Shown: positions 59,543-64,000 of the stretch, piece after piece | How positions within the stretch are numbered: position 1 is the stretch's first letter | Layout: the number at the start of each line of letters is the position of its first letter | Source: an uncultured virus (IMG/VR IMGVR_UViG_3300034272_002779) | Taxonomy: Duplodnaviria; Heunggongvirae; Uroviricota; Caudoviricetes | Reading direction: 5' to 3' (one strand) | Length of the DNA: 64,000 bases | Virus record (IMG/VR): IMGVR_UViG_3300034272_002779 | Notes under the pieces: generated by a model | What the model was told of the DNA's origin: nothing | What the model saw: only the letters and a program-made list of their open reading frames with translations | The model's database searches: none | Translations under genes and position numbers: made by a program

Positions 59543-59671
59543 CATAACAATCAGCCATTAAGGTATTAGAGTATAAAAGCTCTAAGAGAAACTGTGATTC
59601 TCTGCTTTGTTCTGCAATCACGGTGTTTTAATTGGTTAGAGACTGGATCCGCAAGGGTCCAGTTTCGTTTT
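59543..59671 (+). ncRNA. Candidate antisense sRNA 3 (own early promoter)
   Basis: Early promoter 59506-59539 with no downstream ORF; CTGTGATT/AATCACGG hairpin, seed TGTTTTAATTGGTTA, GCAA-loop terminator. Confidence 0.55.
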
Positions 59672-60518
59672 ATGCAAGATTGTTAGTCCAAGACCCTACA
59701 TTAAGAGAAGCCCAATCGCCACCTAATGTTTTTTTGAATTCTTTAATGTTATCAGCTAGAAGAGCAATACCAGCTTCTGCATTAACATAAGGATCTTTCC
59801 AGTTTGCTCCCATAGGTTTAACTACTCCACCGTAATTACTTTCGGGCCTCATAGCAAATAGACCTTTATATGTTCCTCCTCCTGCTAAAGGGTTTAAACC
59901 AGATTCAATCATAGCTACAGTTACTGCGAAATCGAATGGTACATTATACTTAGCACCGAATTTGGTAATAGCATCTTTAACTGCAGCGTTCTTAGGTTGA
60001 TTGATTGCTTTAAGAGCCTGATTCTGTTTATCGAACCATTTCTCTTTCCACATGTTAAGGAAAAGTCCAGCAGCAGTCTTCTGATCACCGTTGTCTAATG
60101 CCTTAATTAGATCTGTTTTAACTTGAGGTCTATCGGAAGGTATGTTACCTACTAGATTAGCATATTTAACACCGCTCTTAGTCTTAATCGTTTCTGGGTG
60201 CATCTCACCAGTTCCATTAAGAGCTTTGATTATACCCGTTGCCCCTGCAAGACCTTGTTGATGCTGCATGTATAAAGCAAAGTCATCGTTTCCGGATACC
60301 GGATTAAATACCGTTGGTTTATAATTTGGATCATTAGATCCTCCGGACACCGATTGATTAATTTGAGTATTAGCTGCATCAGCTGCCTGTGCCTCTGCCT
60401 TTTCCCTGTCTATAACTGCCTGAGCCTCTTTTTCAGCGGAAGCTAAAGCTGCTGCTATTAAACCAGCTCCTGCTGTTTCGTTGACGAATTCATCGTAAGA
60501 TTTTACTCTATGGGTCAT
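59670..60518 (-). CDS. Lytic transglycosylase (SLT-like) with leader
   Basis: VAMIESGLNP..GG.YKGLFAM...DPYVNAEAG; leader RVKSYDEFVNE. Confidence 0.75.
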   Translation of the reverse strand: MTHRVKSYDEFVNETAGAGLIAAALASAEKEAQAVIDREKAEAQAADAANTQINQSVSGGSNDPNYKPTVFNPVSGNDDFALYMQHQQGLAGATGIIKALNGTGEMHPETIKTKSGVKYANLVGNIPSDRPQVKTDLIKALDNGDQKTAAGLFLNMWKEKWFDKQNQALKAINQPKNAAVKDAITKFGAKYNVPFDFAVTVAMIESGLNPLAGGGTYKGLFAMRPESNYGGVVKPMGANWKDPYVNAEAGIALLADNIKEFKKTLGGDWASLNVGSWTNNLA

Positions 60519-60526
60519 ATCCTATT

Positions 60527-61216
60527 TTATTTTATGAAGGTTACAAATTTTTCTGTCAGGTTGCCTGATTTATGAAGTGCCTCTTCATATCCTCTTTTTG
60601 TCTTGTATTTAACAAGATCTGAGAAGTCTCCACCGTGGCCAAGACCACCACGACGGTGTATCTCGTAATGCACATTAGGAGTTTTTTCAAGCGGAACATA
60701 AACGCTAAGCTTATTACCTTTTAATTCCATCTTAATAGCACTTAACAAAGGTTTTGCGTATATCGTTTCAAGATAGGCATTTAGTTCAAGAGTTAGTACA
60801 TTAAGAAGCTGATGTATCGTATCACCTTTACCTCCGAATTTATGTTTAAGCAAAAATCCTGAGCCTGGCCCCTCGTATGTTATATTAAAGTAGTTTGGCT
60901 TTTTATCTATGAGAATCTTAGGTACAGTCTTGTTATTAATCTTATTTACTCCATTCCAGAATTTCTCTTTACCGAACCAAGTCCAGCAATCGTGGTCTTT
61001 ACATGACATCTCATCATTACGTGACGTTGAAAATTCCGATGTTGTTGCTGCGGAAGAGGTTGACACCGTTGGTGAAGGCTCAGCTGTAGTTGGTGATGCT
61101 GTCTGTGCAGCTAATTCAGCCTTTCTAGCTTCTTCTTCAGCTTGTTTCATAGCAGCTTGTATAATGCTATTCTCGTTAAGAAATTGTGTAAAAGATTTAA
61201 TAATGCTGCTGTTCAT
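60527..61216 (-). CDS. Hypothetical protein with leader
   Basis: IKSFTQFLNE; late motif at ~61240. Confidence 0.7.
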   Translation of the reverse strand: MNSSIIKSFTQFLNENSIIQAAMKQAEEEARKAELAAQTASPTTAEPSPTVSTSSAATTSEFSTSRNDEMSCKDHDCWTWFGKEKFWNGVNKINNKTVPKILIDKKPNYFNITYEGPGSGFLLKHKFGGKGDTIHQLLNVLTLELNAYLETIYAKPLLSAIKMELKGNKLSVYVPLEKTPNVHYEIHRRGGLGHGGDFSDLVKYKTKRGYEEALHKSGNLTEKFVTFIK

Positions 61217-61320
61217 CGATACAATAATTTATACCGTATATATCCTAAAATTATCCCGAATTATTTTTTTATCCGGGGCTAAGTTGTTATTTTAGCTAAG
61301 TAAACCAAAACAAACACCAT

Positions 61321-62331
61321 ATGGCACACAAAGAAGCACAGGGGCTACGCAAGCCCATGAGCGATGAGGCTAAGGCTAAAATCGCAGAAGCAGTAAGACT
61401 TGCTGCTCAAAAGAAAAGAGAGGAAATGGGACTACCACCAGTTGGTTCCCCGTCAGCTCCGGCTCCGGACTATATAGAGAAGCCGCTCGAGCTCGTACGA
61501 ATGAGCAACCAGGAATTTCCGGATGATCTCTTCATTCCGATGAAAACCGGTAAAGCGGTTGACTTCCTATTCACCAACGAAGGTGGTATACCTAAAGCAT
61601 GTAACTTCATGCTGATTGGAGATCCTGGAGTTGGTAAGTCCACAGTTAGCTTGGACATTCTATCCGACCTTGCCCTTGCAGGATACAAGGTCTTGTTTAT
61701 CTCCGCTGAGATGACCCGCATTGATCTATATGGATACGTTAAACGTTTCCCTAAGTTCGGTGAGGTTGATATTCTCTTCATCGGCGAATATTGTGACTCA
61801 AATCCAAAAACTGTAATCGAGAAAAGTTTGGAGCCGGGTTATGACGTTGTCCTAATCGACTCCTTTGCTGAGGTCCAAGAGGATATCAAAGAGTCGCTAA
61901 GGCTTACAACTTCAGGAGCAGAGAAATGGTTAATCGACGCTATGGTCTCACACAACCTAGGCAACAACCTTTCCCGTAAGAACACAACATTCATCGCTAT
62001 CCAACAGGTTACCAAAGGCGGTGTGTTTGTTGGCAGCAACAAGCTTAAGCACAATACCACAGGTATGATGGAGCTCCGCCTATGTGCCGACAGCAATTCC
62101 CCTTACATGGTCTTTGCTAAGAACCGTAGAGGTTCGGTTGGCAAGCGCATGTTCTACTCTCTATCAACAACTGGTGATGTTCACTATGACGTTAAGAGAT
62201 TTAGCAATGACGAAAATGCTCGTGAAACTCTAGCTTCGGAAAGAGCTCAATTGGAGAACGAAGAAGGCTCTTTCGACGCATTATTCGGAATGGGCTTAGG
62301 AGAAGATAATGAGATCGGTGGGGATATTTAA
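61321..62331 (+). CDS. RadA/Sms-like RecA-family ATPase
   Basis: GDPGVGKST, LFISAEM, VLIDS, GSNKLKH, KNRRG (KNRFG-like). Confidence 0.82.
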   Translation: MAHKEAQGLRKPMSDEAKAKIAEAVRLAAQKKREEMGLPPVGSPSAPAPDYIEKPLELVRMSNQEFPDDLFIPMKTGKAVDFLFTNEGGIPKACNFMLIGDPGVGKSTVSLDILSDLALAGYKVLFISAEMTRIDLYGYVKRFPKFGEVDILFIGEYCDSNPKTVIEKSLEPGYDVVLIDSFAEVQEDIKESLRLTTSGAEKWLIDAMVSHNLGNNLSRKNTTFIAIQQVTKGGVFVGSNKLKHNTTGMMELRLCADSNSPYMVFAKNRRGSVGKRMFYSLSTTGDVHYDVKRFSNDENARETLASERAQLENEEGSFDALFGMGLGEDNEIGGDI

Positions 62332-62396
62332 TCCCCACTTTATTTTTTTTCCTCGGGACTAGTTGTTATTTTAGCTGGTAATCAAAACAAACGCAA

Positions 62397-63491
62397 ATGA
62401 AAAAATTAGAAACAATCTCGCAGTCATTATTTGACGCGAAAGCAGCGGAAGCTGTAGCAAAGAACCCAATCAGAAAGGAGGTTCCTTTAAAAAACATCGA
62501 AATACTAAAAGACGACCAGATGCTGGTCGATGGTGTTAAGATCAAAATGAACAGGGACGCTTTTAAGTCCATATGTAAAATAGTCGGTCTTCCGGTTGGC
62601 TTTGACAAAACCTTCTCCTCCGCATTTGGGGATAAAGCTCGTCAGGCTTTAGTTAATCGTCTGAAGACAGCGAAGCAGGCTAATGGTTCAACACACGTAT
62701 CACTCGTGGTAAACCCGGATACACGTCAAATCATTTCAGTTCAGAAAGATCCACGTGACCTTATCAGCAACTCTTCTTTTCTTAAGACAACCACGGAGAT
62801 TATAGACCGTTACAATTTGGACGTAAAGGATTTCTCAATCGGAGAAAATGGATCAGTCGTTATTAATACGGTGTCTCCTAAGAACGTCTGGGGCTTTGAA
62901 GGTCTAAAGGACGAGGATCATTTTGGAGGTGCAACCTTTATCAATAGTCCAGACGGCGGATTTAGAGTATCAAGCTTCCTTCACCGACTGGTATGCGCCA
63001 ACGGTATGATAGGTACTGGCTTCGACGAAACACTCGCTTTAAATCCTTCAGATCCACTCAGCTTCGAAAAGTTCTACAGCAGTCTTAATGAGTTGGCAAT
63101 GGTTGGATTTAGACCTAAGGGATATGAAAACCGCATCCGTCTGGCAATGCACACCAGAGCATCACTCAACGAGTTAGAGACAGCGCACTCAGCAATTCGT
63201 TCTTTATCCGACGGTATCCACAGAGAGTTGGAAGCTTGGGTTCCTTACCATAGCACAATGGAAGCTTTTTATAAAGCTGGTATCGATGCGGTATTCCTTA
63301 ACACCAACCAAAAGAAGTCATCCCGTACAGGAACGACGGTGTGGGATTTGGTTAACGGAATTACTCACTTTGCAACTCACGATAATGGATTTACGATATC
63401 GGACTATGATCGTCGTAGACTTCAGGTAGAAGCATCACGTATCTTAACCAAAGATTTCGACATGATGAACATCGTGAAGAGTCCTTTCTAA
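62397..63491 (+). CDS. DUF932-like protein
   Basis: NSPDG...HRLVCANGM...TVWDLVNGITHFATH. Confidence 0.6.
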   Translation: MKKLETISQSLFDAKAAEAVAKNPIRKEVPLKNIEILKDDQMLVDGVKIKMNRDAFKSICKIVGLPVGFDKTFSSAFGDKARQALVNRLKTAKQANGSTHVSLVVNPDTRQIISVQKDPRDLISNSSFLKTTTEIIDRYNLDVKDFSIGENGSVVINTVSPKNVWGFEGLKDEDHFGGATFINSPDGGFRVSSFLHRLVCANGMIGTGFDETLALNPSDPLSFEKFYSSLNELAMVGFRPKGYENRIRLAMHTRASLNELETAHSAIRSLSDGIHRELEAWVPYHSTMEAFYKAGIDAVFLNTNQKKSSRTGTTVWDLVNGITHFATHDNGFTISDYDRRRLQVEASRILTKDFDMMNIVKSPF

Positions 63492-63515
63492 TGCCTATAG
63501 AAAGACAAGATAATA

Positions 63516-63547
63516 AAGAGCTAAGAGAAACCCTCTTAGCTCTTTTT
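63516..63547 (+). terminator. Intrinsic terminator
   Basis: AAAGAGCTAAGAG-aaacc-CTCTTAGCTCTTTTT. Confidence 0.75.
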
Positions 63548-63778
63548 CGTAAGGTATACCCAAAGGGTAAACCAGAGAAGCAAAAACAAATGTGTGAGGA
63601 TTTACCCGAGGAGAGAATAAAGTATTACGTAAAGCTTCTAGAAGATTCTAAGAAGGCCCAAAGATAGTATGATCGTAACATACTCTTGGACGCGGGCCTC
63701 GCACGTATAAATTCTCGATTTAATTTTTTTTCCTGAAACCAAATCCTTATATTTAAGATAACCAATTAAAAAAAGAAC

Positions 63779-64000
63779 ATGGCAACAAGAAGCAGAATCG
63801 CAATTGAAACTCCGGCAGGAAAGGTAAGATCTATTTACTGCCACTGGGATGGATATCCAGAACGCAACGGTAAAATCCTCTTTGAGCATTACTCAGATCC
63901 AGAAAAGCTAACTAAGCTAATTGAGCTTGGAGCTATCAGTAGCTTAGCTCCCGAGGTGAGCACGGATAAGCCACACACATTCGATTCACCTGCAAAAGGT
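63779..64000 (+). CDS. Conserved phage early protein (partial)
   Basis: Not in ORF track; MATRSRIAI...SIYCHWDGYPERNGKIL.EHY; after promoter 63748. Confidence 0.78.
   Translation, partial: MATRSRIAIETPAGKVRSIYCHWDGYPERNGKILFEHYSDPEKLTKLIELGAISSLAPEVSTDKPHTFDSPAKG

Noticed and set aside
1..64000. Stop-codon recoding (TAG/TGA) as in some large phages
   Set aside because: Recognisable genes are full length in code 11 and end properly at TAG, TGA and TAA; coding density is high
1..64000. tRNA, rRNA or tmRNA genes
   Set aside because: No cloverleaf or T-loop signature recognised by eye; tRNAscan-SE/ARAGORN would be needed to exclude them fully

Overview
64 kb segment of a large AT-rich tailed (jumbo-type) phage genome in standard genetic code. 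The host is most likely Bacteroidota: there are about 19 promoters with a TAnnTT(T/A)(G/A) -7-like element, a Bacteroidota-type ClpP and A/C-rich leaders without Shine-Dalgarno. Small accessory genes include a GH19 endolysin, Dda-like helicase, two RNA ligases with end-healing enzymes, ClpP, GalE, RadA-like ATPase, rhomboid, and CHAP/SLT/SleB muralytic enzymes. Two promoter classes are visible: a host-sigma-like T-tract-CCnG-N11-TAnnTTTG motif before early genes, and an ATATATA motif before late genes. About 28 late proteins share an N-terminal 'M-K-x-I-K-x-F-E/x-F-x-N-E' leader resembling the T4 capsid-targeting sequence. Main novelties: (1) a six-gene tandem array of leader-bearing LRR proteins with 36 mosaic 63-bp cassettes that vary at the predicted binding face; (2) three candidate hairpin/GU-seed/terminator sRNAs with 13-22 nt perfect complementarity to translation-initiation leaders elsewhere in the window; (3) a GC-rich, iteron- and inverted-repeat-laden, TT-depleted locus at the strand switch (candidate origin or packaging site); (4) a structured ~200 nt late ncRNA candidate. 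All family calls come from motif recognition by eye; no searches were run.
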